Shown piece after piece: positions 20,658 to 32,156 of a stretch of 64,000 nt of DNA (the stretch's first letter is position 1; every line of letters starts with the position of its first letter). A program made the translations under genes and the position numbers. The notes under the pieces are model-generated. The model saw only the letters and a list, made by a program, of their open reading frames with translations. It did not search any database and was not told the DNA's origin. The DNA comes from Nostoc sp. DedSLP01 (GTDB taxonomy: Bacteria; Cyanobacteriota; Cyanobacteriia; Cyanobacteriales; Nostocaceae). The stretch lies in NCBI GenBank assembly GCA_034530875.2, contig JAVRCJ020000009.1, positions 32,001-96,000 of the forward strand, in the 5' to 3' direction.

Positions 20658-20787
20658 CAATAGACTTCTTGCAGAAGTCGGGAAAAGGGGAAAGGTAAAG
20701 GGGGAAAGGTTTGGTATTTTCCTTTCCCCAATAAAGATGCATCCCTTTGACCACAAGAGTGCAAAAAAGACTTTTGCAAGAGACTTC
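20658..20787. mobile_element. MITE-like element with imperfect ~19-bp terminal inverted repeats
   Basis: CAATAGACTTCTTGCAGAAGTC ... GACTTTTGCAAGAGACTTC; the left end is identical over 21 bp to 5368-5388 and related to 3608-3628 in inverted orientation. Confidence 0.55.
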
Positions 20788-21018
20788 ATGAGTGGAACTC
20801 ACAAGGAACAATAAAAATATCTCTTCCCCAGTTCCCAGTCCCCAGTCCCTATTTTTAAGGTAGGTCTAATTAATACCAATTTATTAGGTAAACGGTAGGG
20901 TAGCACGGCTAGCTGGACTACCCTATTAATTCTTCGTATTCCATACAGTTAGAAGCCCTTATAAATCCTAGATTGCTGATTCTTACGTCATGTTTTTTAT
21001 TAAAGAGTTTTCAATCGT

Positions 21019-21036
21019 TTTGTAAACAAATGTAAA
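21019..21036 (-). promoter_or_regulatory. HLR1-type (RpaB-binding) direct repeat upstream of psbA
   Basis: Minus strand TTTACATT-TG-TTTACAAA fits (G/T)TTACA(T/A)(T/A)-N2-(G/T)TTACA(T/A)(T/A). Confidence 0.6.
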
Positions 21037-21297
21037 GCTAGATAACTAGGCGATCGCCTGACTGAAATTGATTTACTGTTGAAATCAGTTAAATTCAATG
21101 AAACCAAGGCTTTTGCTGCTGTCGAGCGACGCTATAAATCCGAGCCAAAACTTTACATTGCTGTGAGTTTATTCAACAAAAACATTACAGAATATTAAGC
21201 AAAACATCGTATCAAAGTAAATTCATGTAGACTTGTTTCAACAGGCAATAAAAGTTTGTCTGTCTCATATTTAACAAAAAATAGCACTCATAAAACA

Positions 21298-22380
21298 ATG
21301 ACAACTACCTTACAACGGCGTTCAAACGCTAACGTATGGGATCGGTTTTGCGAGTGGATCACCAGCACTGACAACCGCATTTATGTAGGTTGGTTCGGTG
21401 TATTGATGATCCCCACCTTGCTAGCCGCTACCGTTTGCTTCACAATCGCTTTCATCGCTGCTCCTCCAGTAGACATCGATGGTATCCGCGAGCCTGTTGC
21501 AGGTTCTTTGATCTACGGAAACAACATCATCTCAGGTGCAGTTGTTCCTTCTTCTAACGCGATCGGTTTGCACTTCTACCCAATCTGGGAAGCTGCTTCC
21601 TTAGATGAGTGGTTGTACAACGGTGGTCCTTACCAGCTGGTAATTTTCCACTTCTTGCTCGGTTGCGCTTGCTACATGGGCCGTCAGTGGGAACTTTCTT
21701 ACCGCTTAGGTATGCGTCCTTGGATCTGCGTAGCTTACAGCGCACCTCTAGCTTCCGCTACCGCAGTATTCTTGATCTACCCAATCGGTCAAGGTTCTTT
21801 CTCTGATGGTATGCCTCTGGGTATCTCCGGAACCTTCAACTTCATGATCGTGTTCCAAGCAGAGCACAACATCCTCATGCACCCCTTCCACATGTTAGGT
21901 GTGGCTGGTGTATTCGGCGGTTCCTTGTTCTCCGCAATGCACGGTTCTCTAGTAACCTCTTCCTTGGTTCGTGAAACCACCGAAACCGAATCTCAAAACT
22001 ACGGTTACAAGTTCGGTCAAGAAGAAGAAACCTACAACATCGTTGCAGCACACGGTTACTTCGGTCGCTTGATTTTCCAATACGCTTCCTTCAACAACAG
22101 CCGTTCCTTGCACTTCTTCTTAGCTGCTTGGCCTGTTGTGGGTATCTGGTTCACCGCTTTGGGTGTAAGCACAATGGCTTTCAACCTCAACGGTTTCAAC
22201 TTCAACCAGTCCATCATTGACTCTCAAGGTCGCGTCATCAGCACTTGGGCAGACGTAATCAACCGCGCTAACTTGGGTATGGAAGTAATGCACGAGCGTA
22301 ACGCTCACAACTTCCCCTTAGACTTAGCTGCTAGTGATGTTACTCCAGTAGCTTTGACTGCTCCTGCTATCAACGGTTAA
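21298..22380 (+). CDS. psbA: Photosystem II D1 protein, standard form with Gln130
   Basis: 360 aa from [56 protein letters not shown]; highly biased codon usage. Confidence 0.98.
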   Translation: MTTTLQRRSNANVWDRFCEWITSTDNRIYVGWFGVLMIPTLLAATVCFTIAFIAAPPVDIDGIREPVAGSLIYGNNIISGAVVPSSNAIGLHFYPIWEAASLDEWLYNGGPYQLVIFHFLLGCACYMGRQWELSYRLGMRPWICVAYSAPLASATAVFLIYPIGQGSFSDGMPLGISGTFNFMIVFQAEHNILMHPFHMLGVAGVFGGSLFSAMHGSLVTSSLVRETTETESQNYGYKFGQEEETYNIVAAHGYFGRLIFQYASFNNSRSLHFFLAAWPVVGIWFTALGVSTMAFNLNGFNFNQSIIDSQGRVISTWADVINRANLGMEVMHERNAHNFPLDLAASDVTPVALTAPAING

Positions 22381-22395
22381 TACTCAGTAATAGCT

Positions 22396-22438
22396 AAATA
22401 AAAAAGCGCCCTCTGAAAAGAGGGCGCTTTTTTATTTA
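22396..22438 (+). terminator. Rho-independent terminator of psbA
   Basis: AAAAAAGCGCCCTC-TGAAAA-GAGGGCGCTTTTTT. Confidence 0.9.
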
Positions 22439-22519
22439 TTGGAATTGTGATATTAAAAAGAAGAACTAAGAATGGGTTTCGCCATCCATTAGTGGGGGAT
22501 TTGGAATAAAAGTCACCGT

Positions 22520-23500
22520 ATGCTAATTCTTCTTACCTTTTCTCAGAATCAGGTAGATTTATTTTCCAATAAGAATCTTGATACGGTACTCCAAAGAATT
22601 GATGGTTCTCAGAATATTTGGTTGCGCTGTGTTAATTTTCGCGATCGCACTGGAACTGCTAAAATTCTCAATCACTTTCGACTCAATTCATCTCGTGTGA
22701 ATATGGTTTTCAACCATATCCCTACAGGAATGGATGAAGACACAGAAGATTGTTTATTTGACAACTATGAAATTTTAACTCCTCAACTAAAAAATCGGGA
22801 GTTTGAAGTAGCGCGTGGCAGTATTTTGTTGGGGAAGAATTTTATTATCACCTTTGAAATTACTGAAGTCAAAATATTTAGCGTATTAACTAATAATCTT
22901 CAAAAGCGAAAAATAGACTTACAAAAATGGGGAATTGATTATCTTTTATATCTGATTTTTAAAGATGTTTTAAATAATTACCATACAGTCTTTGAATATA
23001 TTTCTAGACGACTTGATGATTTAGAAGATGAAGTTCTAGGAAATTTTGGCGATGAATCAACGTACCATAAAATTGCTAGCATGAGACAATCTACTCGTGT
23101 TGGGCGTCGTAATTTTCAAAGCTTTAAGTCTCTTTTAGCGATGATGGATTACGAAGATTTTCAATGGATTTCAGAGCCAGTAAAGACATTATTCAATCAA
23201 GAATTTGTTCATCATATCGATAATCTCTGGCAAGAGTATCAAAGCCTGAGACTCTGGATGTCAGAATTAATGGAAATTCAACGCGATAATATTGCCAGCG
23301 AAACTAGCGATCGAATTAACCGCTTAACTATTTTATCGGCGGTCTTCTTACCAATCACCTTCATTGCTGGTCTTTATGGTATGAACTTCAAGTATATGCC
23401 AGAGTTAGAGCAACCTTTGGGTTATCCTGTTGCGATCGCTGTTATGGCTTTAATCGTCATTGGTAGTATTGTCTATGCTAAAAAACAACGTTGGTTGTAG
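22520..23500 (+). CDS. corA: CorA family Mg2+/Co2+ transporter
   Basis: LTILSAVFLPITFIAGLYGMNFKYMPEL signature, two C-terminal TM helices. Confidence 0.88.
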   Translation: MLILLTFSQNQVDLFSNKNLDTVLQRIDGSQNIWLRCVNFRDRTGTAKILNHFRLNSSRVNMVFNHIPTGMDEDTEDCLFDNYEILTPQLKNREFEVARGSILLGKNFIITFEITEVKIFSVLTNNLQKRKIDLQKWGIDYLLYLIFKDVLNNYHTVFEYISRRLDDLEDEVLGNFGDESTYHKIASMRQSTRVGRRNFQSFKSLLAMMDYEDFQWISEPVKTLFNQEFVHHIDNLWQEYQSLRLWMSELMEIQRDNIASETSDRINRLTILSAVFLPITFIAGLYGMNFKYMPELEQPLGYPVAIAVMALIVIGSIVYAKKQRWL

Positions 23501-23519
23501 GATTTGGTTGAATAGCCAT

Positions 23520-25235
23520 CTAAAACAAAAAGTACCTCTGGGTCATTGGTAAAACTGTTGCAGGTTCGCAAATCAGTAAATTACCATCTGCCCTGACTTC
23601 GTAGGTTTCCGGGTCAACTTCAATTTGGGGTAGCGCATCATTCAGCTTCATATCCTGCTTACTCAATTGGCGCGTTCTGGAAACTGCGATCGCTGTTTTT
23701 CGTAAACCTAACTGTGCAGGAATTTCCCTTTCTAAAGCTGCCTGGGAAACAAAAGTAAATGATGTGGCGTTCTTAGCACCAGCAAAACTTCCAAACATCG
23801 GCCGCGCATGTACTGGTTGGGGTGTGGGAATACTGGCGTTAGCATCGCCCATTTGCGACCATGCAATCATTCCGCCTTTTATGACTATTTCTGGCTTGAC
23901 GCCAAAAAATGCCGGACGCCACAAGCACAAATCTGCTAATTTTCCCTCTTCCACTGAACCCACATGTTCAGCAATTCCGTGAGCGATCGCTGGATTAATA
24001 GTATATTTAGCAACATATCTTTTCGCCCGAAAATTATCTGCTGCTTCTTCAGTTCCTTGTGGGTTAAGAATTCCTCGTTGCACCTTCATTTTGTGAGATG
24101 TCTGCCAGGTGCGAATTATCACTTCGCCCACCCTTCCCATTGCTTGGGAATCAGAAGAAATCATGCTAAATGCGCCCAAGTCGTGCAAAATGTCTTCAGC
24201 AGCAATGGTTTCTCGGCGGATGCGGGACTCAGCAAAAGCAACATCTTCTGCAATCGCCGGATCGAGGTGATGGCATACCATCAACATATCCAGGTGTTCG
24301 TCTAAAGTGTTGAGGGTGTAAGGACGCGTGGGGTTGGTAGAAGATGGTAAAACGTTGGCTTGACCGCAAACTTTGATGATATCTGGTGCGTGTCCGCCGC
24401 CTGCGCCTTCGGTGTGGTAAGTGTGGATGACACGATTCTTAAACGCAGCGATGGTATCTTCCACAAATCCGGCTTCGTTCAGCGTATCGGTATGAATAGC
24501 CACTTGGATATCGTATTCATCGGCAACGCTGAGGCAAGTATCGATTGCTGCGGGGGTAGTTCCCCAGTCCTCATGTAACTTTAACCCCATTGCACCGGCG
24601 GCTACTTGTTCTACAAGTCCTTGGGGTTGACTGGCGTTACCTTTACCCAAAAATCCTAAGTTGACAGGAAAAGCATCAGCAGCTTGCAACATCCGATAAA
24701 TATTCCAGGGGCCTGGGGTGCAGGTAGTGGCGTTTGTGCCGGTAGCGGGGCCAGTACCCCCGCCAATCATGGTGGTGATACCAGAAGCGATCGCCACTTC
24801 AATTTGTTGGGGACAAATAAAGTGAATATGGGCATCAATACCGCCAGCAGTGAGAATCATTCCTTCCCCTGCTAAGGCTTCAGTTCCGGGGCCAATAATA
24901 ATATCTATATTATTTTGAATATAAGGATTTCCGGCTTTACCAATTTTGAAAATCTTACCATCTTTAATGCCGATATCTGCTTTGACAATACCCCACCAAT
25001 CGAGGATTAAAGCATTAGTAATTACTAAATCTACAGCGCCATCAGCATTAGAAATGGGGGATTGTCCCATGCCATCTCTGATGACTTTACCGCCGCCGAA
25101 TTTCACTTCATCACCGTAGGTAGTTAAGTCTTGTTCGACTTCGATGAACAATTCTGTGTCTGCAAGTCGGACTTTATCTCCGATGGTGGGGCCGAAAGTT
25201 TCGGCGTAGGCGCGGCGGGACATTCTGTAAGGCAT
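23520..25235 (-). CDS. ureC: Urease subunit alpha
   Basis: [40 protein letters not shown] end. Confidence 0.98.
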   Translation of the reverse strand: MPYRMSRRAYAETFGPTIGDKVRLADTELFIEVEQDLTTYGDEVKFGGGKVIRDGMGQSPISNADGAVDLVITNALILDWWGIVKADIGIKDGKIFKIGKAGNPYIQNNIDIIIGPGTEALAGEGMILTAGGIDAHIHFICPQQIEVAIASGITTMIGGGTGPATGTNATTCTPGPWNIYRMLQAADAFPVNLGFLGKGNASQPQGLVEQVAAGAMGLKLHEDWGTTPAAIDTCLSVADEYDIQVAIHTDTLNEAGFVEDTIAAFKNRVIHTYHTEGAGGGHAPDIIKVCGQANVLPSSTNPTRPYTLNTLDEHLDMLMVCHHLDPAIAEDVAFAESRIRRETIAAEDILHDLGAFSMISSDSQAMGRVGEVIIRTWQTSHKMKVQRGILNPQGTEEAADNFRAKRYVAKYTINPAIAHGIAEHVGSVEEGKLADLCLWRPAFFGVKPEIVIKGGMIAWSQMGDANASIPTPQPVHARPMFGSFAGAKNATSFTFVSQAALEREIPAQLGLRKTAIAVSRTRQLSKQDMKLNDALPQIEVDPETYEVRADGNLLICEPATVLPMTQRYFLF

Positions 25236-25264
25236 AACTTTTGGTAATGGAGGTTAAGATTGAG

Positions 25265-25308
25265 TTTAAACGCAAAGGATCGCAAAGTCAGCGCAAAGGT
25301 TCGCAGAG
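25265..25308. repeat. Left inverted-repeat arm flanking the GxxExxY gene (4x CGCA(A/G)AG)
   Basis: TTTAAACGCAAAGGATCGCAAAGTCAGCGCAAAGGTTCGCAGAG. Confidence 0.8.
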
Positions 25309-25309
25309 G

Positions 25310-25687
25310 ATGGATGAGAATAGTTTGAGTGGGGTGATAATTGGTTGTGGGATGCGAGTGCATACAGCGTTGGGGCCGGGTTTGTTAGAGTCAGCTTATG
25401 AGGAGTGTTTGTATTATGAATTGAGGAAAAAGGGGTTAAATGTTGGTAAGCAAGTTCCATTACCGCTTATTTACGAAGAGGTGAAATTAGACTGTGTTTA
25501 TCGATTAGATTTAATAGTTGAAAATCAAGTAATTATTGAAGTCAAATCTGTAGAATCCATCAACCCAATTCACTCCGTACAACTTTTAACTTATCTCAAA
25601 CTAACTAATTGCAAACTTGGTCTTATTCTCAACTTTAACGTTCTCCACCTCAAAGAAGGCATTAAACGTGTAGCAAACAAACTCTAA
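25310..25687 (+). CDS. GxxExxY family protein (PD-(D/E)xK nuclease-like)
   Basis: VHTALGPGLLESAYEECL, YRLDLIVE, IIEVKSV, QLLTYL, GLILNF; ATG 25310 (the ORF-track extension is translated repeat). Confidence 0.9.
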   Translation: MDENSLSGVIIGCGMRVHTALGPGLLESAYEECLYYELRKKGLNVGKQVPLPLIYEEVKLDCVYRLDLIVENQVIIEVKSVESINPIHSVQLLTYLKLTNCKLGLILNFNVLHLKEGIKRVANKL

Positions 25688-25732
25688 CTCCGCGTACCTC
25701 TGCGTTTACCTTTGCGTCCCTTTGCGTTAAAA
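25688..25732. repeat. Right inverted-repeat arm flanking the GxxExxY gene
   Basis: Reverse complement TTTTAACGCAAAGGGACGCAAAGGTAAACGCAGAGGTACGCGGAG aligns with the left arm; starts at the base after the stop codon. Confidence 0.8.
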
Positions 25733-25763
25733 AATAAATATACCGTACTGAAGCTCAAGGTTT

Positions 25764-26069
25764 TCAGAGGTTTCCGTTAATTTTACCGTTGAAACCGTAG
25801 ACTTGGCGGCTACCAACCAAAGGCACTAATGTGACTTCTTTTTCATCACCTGGTTCAAAGCGAACTGCCGTGCCTGCGGGGATATCGAGACGCATTCCTC
25901 GTGCTTGTTCTCTGTCAAAAATTAAAGCAGCGTTAACTTCATAAAAGTGAAAATGAGAACCAACTTGTATGGGGCGATCGCCTGTATTTGACACCTGCAA
26001 TTTAAGAGTAGGACGACCAGCATTTAATTCAATTTCACCTTCTGGCGTAATAATTTCCCCAGGAATCAT
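25764..26069 (-). CDS. ureB: Urease subunit beta
   Basis: [37 protein letters not shown]. Confidence 0.97.
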   Translation of the reverse strand: MIPGEIITPEGEIELNAGRPTLKLQVSNTGDRPIQVGSHFHFYEVNAALIFDREQARGMRLDIPAGTAVRFEPGDEKEVTLVPLVGSRQVYGFNGKINGNL

Positions 26070-26087
26070 AATAAATTTATTTGAATA

Positions 26088-26390
26088 TTAACGAATTGGA
26101 TTATGTACTGTAACTAACTTTGTGCCATCAGGAAAAGTTGCTTCTACTTGCACTTCATGTACCATTTCTGGTATTCCTTCCATCACATCATCCCGCGTTA
26201 ATAAAGTTGTGCCATAACTCATTAATTCAGCTACAGTTTGCCCATCTCTTGCACCTTCTAAAATAGCAGCAGAAATATAGGCAACAGCTTCGGGATAATT
26301 AAGTTTCAAACCTCTTTCTTTACGTCTTTCTGCTAATAAAGCAGCAGTAAAAATCAATAGCTTATCTTTTTCCTGCGGCGTCAATTGCAT
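26088..26390 (-). CDS. ureA: Urease subunit gamma
   Basis: [31 protein letters not shown]. Confidence 0.97.
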   Translation of the reverse strand: MQLTPQEKDKLLIFTAALLAERRKERGLKLNYPEAVAYISAAILEGARDGQTVAELMSYGTTLLTRDDVMEGIPEMVHEVQVEATFPDGTKLVTVHNPIR

Positions 26391-26411
26391 TCTTCTCTCC
26401 CTCTTGGCGGT

Positions 26412-27251
26412 TCAAACCTGCCACACTCTTGGTATACAGTTACCACGATTTAAAAAAGAAACTCGTAGCAACTGCCAAATATCAATAAACCAGTTTCTCA
26501 CCTCAGATGTAGAATCACCGCGATATCGACACAATAATCCATGTTCTAATCTGGTAACACCTGTTTCACCAATACCATTTCCTAAAACTCGTATTTTTTC
26601 TACGATTTCTGGTGAAACTGCATCACCAAGCCAAACTAGACTACCTGTGATTGGCTTTCCAGCCAACCCGTGAAAACTGTGAAAAACTTCTTCACTAGCT
26701 GGTAAATATTGCCGATCTATCCACAAGGGAACGCCTTGTTGCCAAATTTCAGTATGCGATCGCCATTCTCCTTTATCGAATTTCTCTCCTCTAGCACTGC
26801 GGCCAAAGCGGGTAATTTCCCAGCCTAAAAAGCTAGCCCCGGTTGCTAATTCTACCCGTAAATCTTGCTGATAAATCGCACTTTTAAATAAAATTGTTTC
26901 TTGCGGTAACCATTCTAAACAAGCACCTGCGTCAACTTGTATCTGGATGTTTTGCCTAGCTTGTAAACCATTACTGCGATATATCTTACTAGCTGCTGCT
27001 GTAGTGATTAATGCGTGTGTATGGGGTTGGAGGTGGATATGAGAGGATAAGCGATCGCCCCCCACAACTCCGCCAGCCGTGTGTAAAATTACGCTATGAC
27101 AAACTTTTTGCCCTTCTGGATAAAATGGGCGTTGCACCTTCAAGGGTGCTTGTTGGTGAGTGTAAATTAATTGCGTTGTGTTGTGGCGATCGGCGTAAAC
27201 TAAATTCAGTTTGCCATGCCAACCCTCTGTAATTTGTGAGTTGGAAGTCAT
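26412..27251 (-). CDS. ureD: Urease accessory protein
   Basis: PLKVQRPFYPEG, HTAGGVVGGD, WLPQETI, PRVW end; adjacent to ureA. Confidence 0.93.
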   Translation of the reverse strand: MTSNSQITEGWHGKLNLVYADRHNTTQLIYTHQQAPLKVQRPFYPEGQKVCHSVILHTAGGVVGGDRLSSHIHLQPHTHALITTAAASKIYRSNGLQARQNIQIQVDAGACLEWLPQETILFKSAIYQQDLRVELATGASFLGWEITRFGRSARGEKFDKGEWRSHTEIWQQGVPLWIDRQYLPASEEVFHSFHGLAGKPITGSLVWLGDAVSPEIVEKIRVLGNGIGETGVTRLEHGLLCRYRGDSTSEVRNWFIDIWQLLRVSFLNRGNCIPRVWQV

Positions 27252-28034
27252 TTAATTAATTGCTTCGCCAAGGTGTACGCTAGTTCGATAGACCAGATAC
27301 ACAAAACCATTTTCATCACGAAAACACTGATAAATTTCTTGAAAACTATCAATAAGTTTGTTATCTGCCAAACTTTCATTAGGTAGATAAGAAACACTTT
27401 TTGCTCGTCCAATAAGTCCAGTTAAATCTAACTGTTGTCTATAAGTAAAAGTATATTCGCGGATGTTGATAAAATGAGGAGTTGCTAACAGTGGCTCTAC
27501 TGATTGCATCCTTGATTCTGCTGGATGATTGTTAGATGCTTCGCGGACTATTCGGCTATATTCTGCGGTGAAAGCATCTTCTTTATCGCGGTTATTCCAC
27601 ACTACCGCTAAGCGTCCTGAAGGTTTTAAAATCCGATGAAATTCTGATAATGCTGGTTCTGGATTGAACCAATGAAAAGCTTGAAAACAAGTAACTAAAT
27701 CAACAGATTCATCCGCGAGTTTGGTCAATTCTGCTGTTCCATCACGAAACTCTACTAAAGTATGCGGTTCGGCGGCTTCTCTCATCGCCGCATTTGGTTC
27801 TATGGCTATGACATTAACTCCACGTTCAGCTAATAGTCTTGAACTAATTCCTGTACCCGCACCAATATCTGCTACTAGAATTTGTGAATTTTTATCTAAT
27901 CCTTCCAAAATAATATCAATTGCATCTGCGGGGTAGCTTGGTCGGTATTTTACATAATCTTCTGCTCTATCAGAAAATCGGTTGAGTGGATTTAGGTTAT
28001 GTAGGGGAGTTGTTTCAGAATGACTTTGGCTCAT
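27252..28034 (-). CDS. Class I SAM-dependent methyltransferase
   Basis: YRPSYP, ADIGAGTG, IEPN, QAFHWF, RILKPSG. Confidence 0.88.
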   Translation of the reverse strand: MSQSHSETTPLHNLNPLNRFSDRAEDYVKYRPSYPADAIDIILEGLDKNSQILVADIGAGTGISSRLLAERGVNVIAIEPNAAMREAAEPHTLVEFRDGTAELTKLADESVDLVTCFQAFHWFNPEPALSEFHRILKPSGRLAVVWNNRDKEDAFTAEYSRIVREASNNHPAESRMQSVEPLLATPHFINIREYTFTYRQQLDLTGLIGRAKSVSYLPNESLADNKLIDSFQEIYQCFRDENGFVYLVYRTSVHLGEAIN

Positions 28035-28133
28035 AGATTTTTAGGCAAAAGAAAAAATTAACCTGTTACTTAGGCATATTTCCAGGGAAACATAGAACTG
28101 TAGCCCATGAAATGTGTGAGTCTACCAGAAATT

Positions 28134-28994
28134 ATGACAGCTAAAGTGATAAGTATTTGCAACCTCAAGGGTGGAGTTGGCAAAACTACCATCGTCATGG
28201 CATTAGCGGAATATTTAGCAGGGGATACCATGTATGGTAAACATGTACTGGTTATTGACCTCGATCCTCAAAGTAATTTGACCAGTGCCTTAATGTCAGA
28301 AGAGGTTTGGGAAAAGGAATTTAACAATAGAGGATTGACATTACCTTTGTTATTTAAAGATCCTGAATATTTTTTAGAAAATGCTAAAAATGAGAATTTT
28401 ATAGCTAAAAAAAATATTTCAAATGTGAGAAATAAAAATTCTTTTTCTCGCTTACATCTTATACCCAGTAGCCCTAAATTATTTGAAATTCAGGAAGAAT
28501 TGCCACCAGGTTATTATTTTTCAAACTTAAAACCTGTTCACCTTCTTCGTACTCTTATAAAACCATTGTTGAACAATTATGACTACATTTTAATAGACTG
28601 TCCTCCAAATATTAACACAGTGATTAAAAGCGCATTTCTAGCTAGTCATGCTTTTGTAATACCCTGCGTACCAAACCGAATGTCAATTCACGGTTTAGGA
28701 ATACTAATAGACTATATTGAAAAGTTTAACAAAGATTTGGAACACAACCTAAAACCAGTAGGAACCCTAATTTCTCGTTATAACGGAACTCTAGCCCAAA
28801 TGGAGAATCTAAATTTTATTATCGGGAATCCTTTCTTTCCTAGCATTTTTCAAACAAAAATTCCAGAAAGAGCAAAAATTGCCGAAAGCTTAGATTTGAG
28901 TATTCAATTAACATATAAACAAAAATATGGTGGCGATGCTCACGAATCGATGGTGAAGTTAGCTCAAGAATTTATTCAAAGAGTAGGTAGATAA
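28134..28994 (+). CDS. ParA/Soj family ATPase
   Basis: Deviant Walker A KGGVGKTT, IDLDPQSNLT, YILIDCPP; AT-rich. Confidence 0.88.
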   Translation: MTAKVISICNLKGGVGKTTIVMALAEYLAGDTMYGKHVLVIDLDPQSNLTSALMSEEVWEKEFNNRGLTLPLLFKDPEYFLENAKNENFIAKKNISNVRNKNSFSRLHLIPSSPKLFEIQEELPPGYYFSNLKPVHLLRTLIKPLLNNYDYILIDCPPNINTVIKSAFLASHAFVIPCVPNRMSIHGLGILIDYIEKFNKDLEHNLKPVGTLISRYNGTLAQMENLNFIIGNPFFPSIFQTKIPERAKIAESLDLSIQLTYKQKYGGDAHESMVKLAQEFIQRVGR

Positions 28995-29413
28995 TGGAAG
29001 GATCAGAAATTGCAAACTTATTAAGGGCGATCGCAGAAGTTATAGAATCAGATCCTAAACTTGCCAAGGCTATAGAAAAATGTCTAACTCACAGTTTAAA
29101 TGCTCAAAGAAGTAAAGATTCATCCGAGGCAACGCCAAAGCAGTCAGACGCTAGTAAAACTCTAGAAAATGGAGATATTATCCTAACTGAATGTCGGCAA
29201 GTTTTACGCGAACAGGGTGAAGAAGAGTTGAGGCTTTACTTAACTAAGCTAGGAGAACAGGTTAGAGAATTATTGAAACATGGTCAACTTGACCCAAAAC
29301 GCTCTATACGTCGCAGGAAAGATTTGAATAGTATTATTGAGCATATTATTCAAAAATTGCAAGCTCAAGATAAAAGCGGAAAACTACTTGCAGCCTCAAT
29401 CTCGAAAACATGA
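28994..29413 (+). CDS. Hypothetical protein translationally coupled to ParA
   Basis: 139 aa, predicted helical; TAATG stop/start overlap. Confidence 0.65.
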   Translation: MEGSEIANLLRAIAEVIESDPKLAKAIEKCLTHSLNAQRSKDSSEATPKQSDASKTLENGDIILTECRQVLREQGEEELRLYLTKLGEQVRELLKHGQLDPKRSIRRRKDLNSIIEHIIQKLQAQDKSGKLLAASISKT

Positions 29414-29440
29414 TGTATCTTGAAAAGTAAATCGTTTTTA

Positions 29441-30253
29441 TTAATTCTTCTCTTGCTGCTCTACCCAAGCTACCAAATCAGCAATTTCGGAAAAATCAAG
29501 CAGTTCTTCTCCCAAATTCTCTAATTGTTCAGCAGATAAATTACGAATCTGCTCAACTAATGATGCATCAATATCACCAAAGCGCCGTTTAAGCTGACGA
29601 CTAATCAATTTAAAGGCTTCCTTTTGAACGATATCTTGATAAATTACAGATTCTTTCATAATATCCTCCCGTAAAAATTGACGAACTAAATCCTTGTCAA
29701 ATCGCAAACCGGCCAAAATTTCTACACAACCTGCAATATTTTGCCGTTGCTCTCTATCTGGAATTGTAGCGACTTGTTCAGCTACTTGTGCCAGTAAAGC
29801 TTGTGGCGAGTTTGTTCGTGTCAAACTTGCTAGAGGTAACAGTGCAGGATTTTCCAAAAATAGCTGTGAATCTTGTTCCCACAAGCGAATCACCAGTATC
29901 GGGTGATTCGTTGTTTCGTCTCGATATTCTTCTGTGAAAGCCACCTCGTTATTAGTTTCCTGCAAAAAGATTAATACTTGATTTACAGGACATCGGTATT
30001 GACGTTTCAACCTCACCGAATAATCAAGCATTCGGAAATTCAGCGGTGGGTTAGATTTCGCTAAAGTTTGAAATTCAATATGCAAAATTTCGTTAGCTGC
30101 TTGCAGAAATGTCACAGAATCTGCACGAATTGGTTCAAGTGTCAGTTCAGTTTTTAATACTTCAATTTTTTGCACTTCCACCCCCAACAACCAACGTACA
30201 AACTCACCTGGATATTGTTCAGCTAAATATTTACAAGCATTGTCGAAACTCAC
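29441..30253 (-). CDS. Rpn-family nuclease-fold protein with DUF4351-like C-terminus
   Basis: GTG start 30253 (SFDNACKYLAE), EPIRADS, ILHIEFQ, RMLDY, MKESVIYQ, LENLGEELLDF. Confidence 0.85.
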   Translation of the reverse strand: MSFDNACKYLAEQYPGEFVRWLLGVEVQKIEVLKTELTLEPIRADSVTFLQAANEILHIEFQTLAKSNPPLNFRMLDYSVRLKRQYRCPVNQVLIFLQETNNEVAFTEEYRDETTNHPILVIRLWEQDSQLFLENPALLPLASLTRTNSPQALLAQVAEQVATIPDREQRQNIAGCVEILAGLRFDKDLVRQFLREDIMKESVIYQDIVQKEAFKLISRQLKRRFGDIDASLVEQIRNLSAEQLENLGEELLDFSEIADLVAWVEQQEKN

Positions 30254-30342
30254 CCTCTTCCTCCTCTCTGCACCTCTGCGCGACGCCAGTTGCTTCAAGT
30301 CGGGCATTGCCCGCCCAACGCACTAGCTCCTCTGCGTGACAC

Positions 30343-30381
30343 AAAAAAACAGCCGCCTCCACAACGGAAGCAGCTGTTTTT
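30343..30381 (-). terminator. Rho-independent terminator of groES-groL
   Basis: Minus strand AAAAACAGCTGCTTCC-GTTGT-GGAGGCGGCTGTTTTTTT. Confidence 0.8.
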
Positions 30382-30403
30382 ATAAATAACCGACTACAGA
30401 GTA

Positions 30404-32050
<1,647 letters not shown>

Positions 32051-32156
32051 TCAAGGAGTAAGTCAATTTTTTTTTGAATTGGGCATTGGGCAAACAGGGC
32101 ATTGGGCATCGGGAAGACTCTTTCCTATTCCCCATCCCCTATTCCCTACTCCCCAG

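Noticed and set aside
21256..22380. Atypical (rogue or far-red) D1, or extended N-terminus
   Set aside because: Mn-cluster ligand regions look canonical ([24 protein letters not shown]) and the conserved start is ATG 21298
30254..30307. N-terminal extension of the Rpn ORF (MPDLKQLASRRGAE)
   Set aside because: Translated repeat DNA; family similarity begins at GTG 30253
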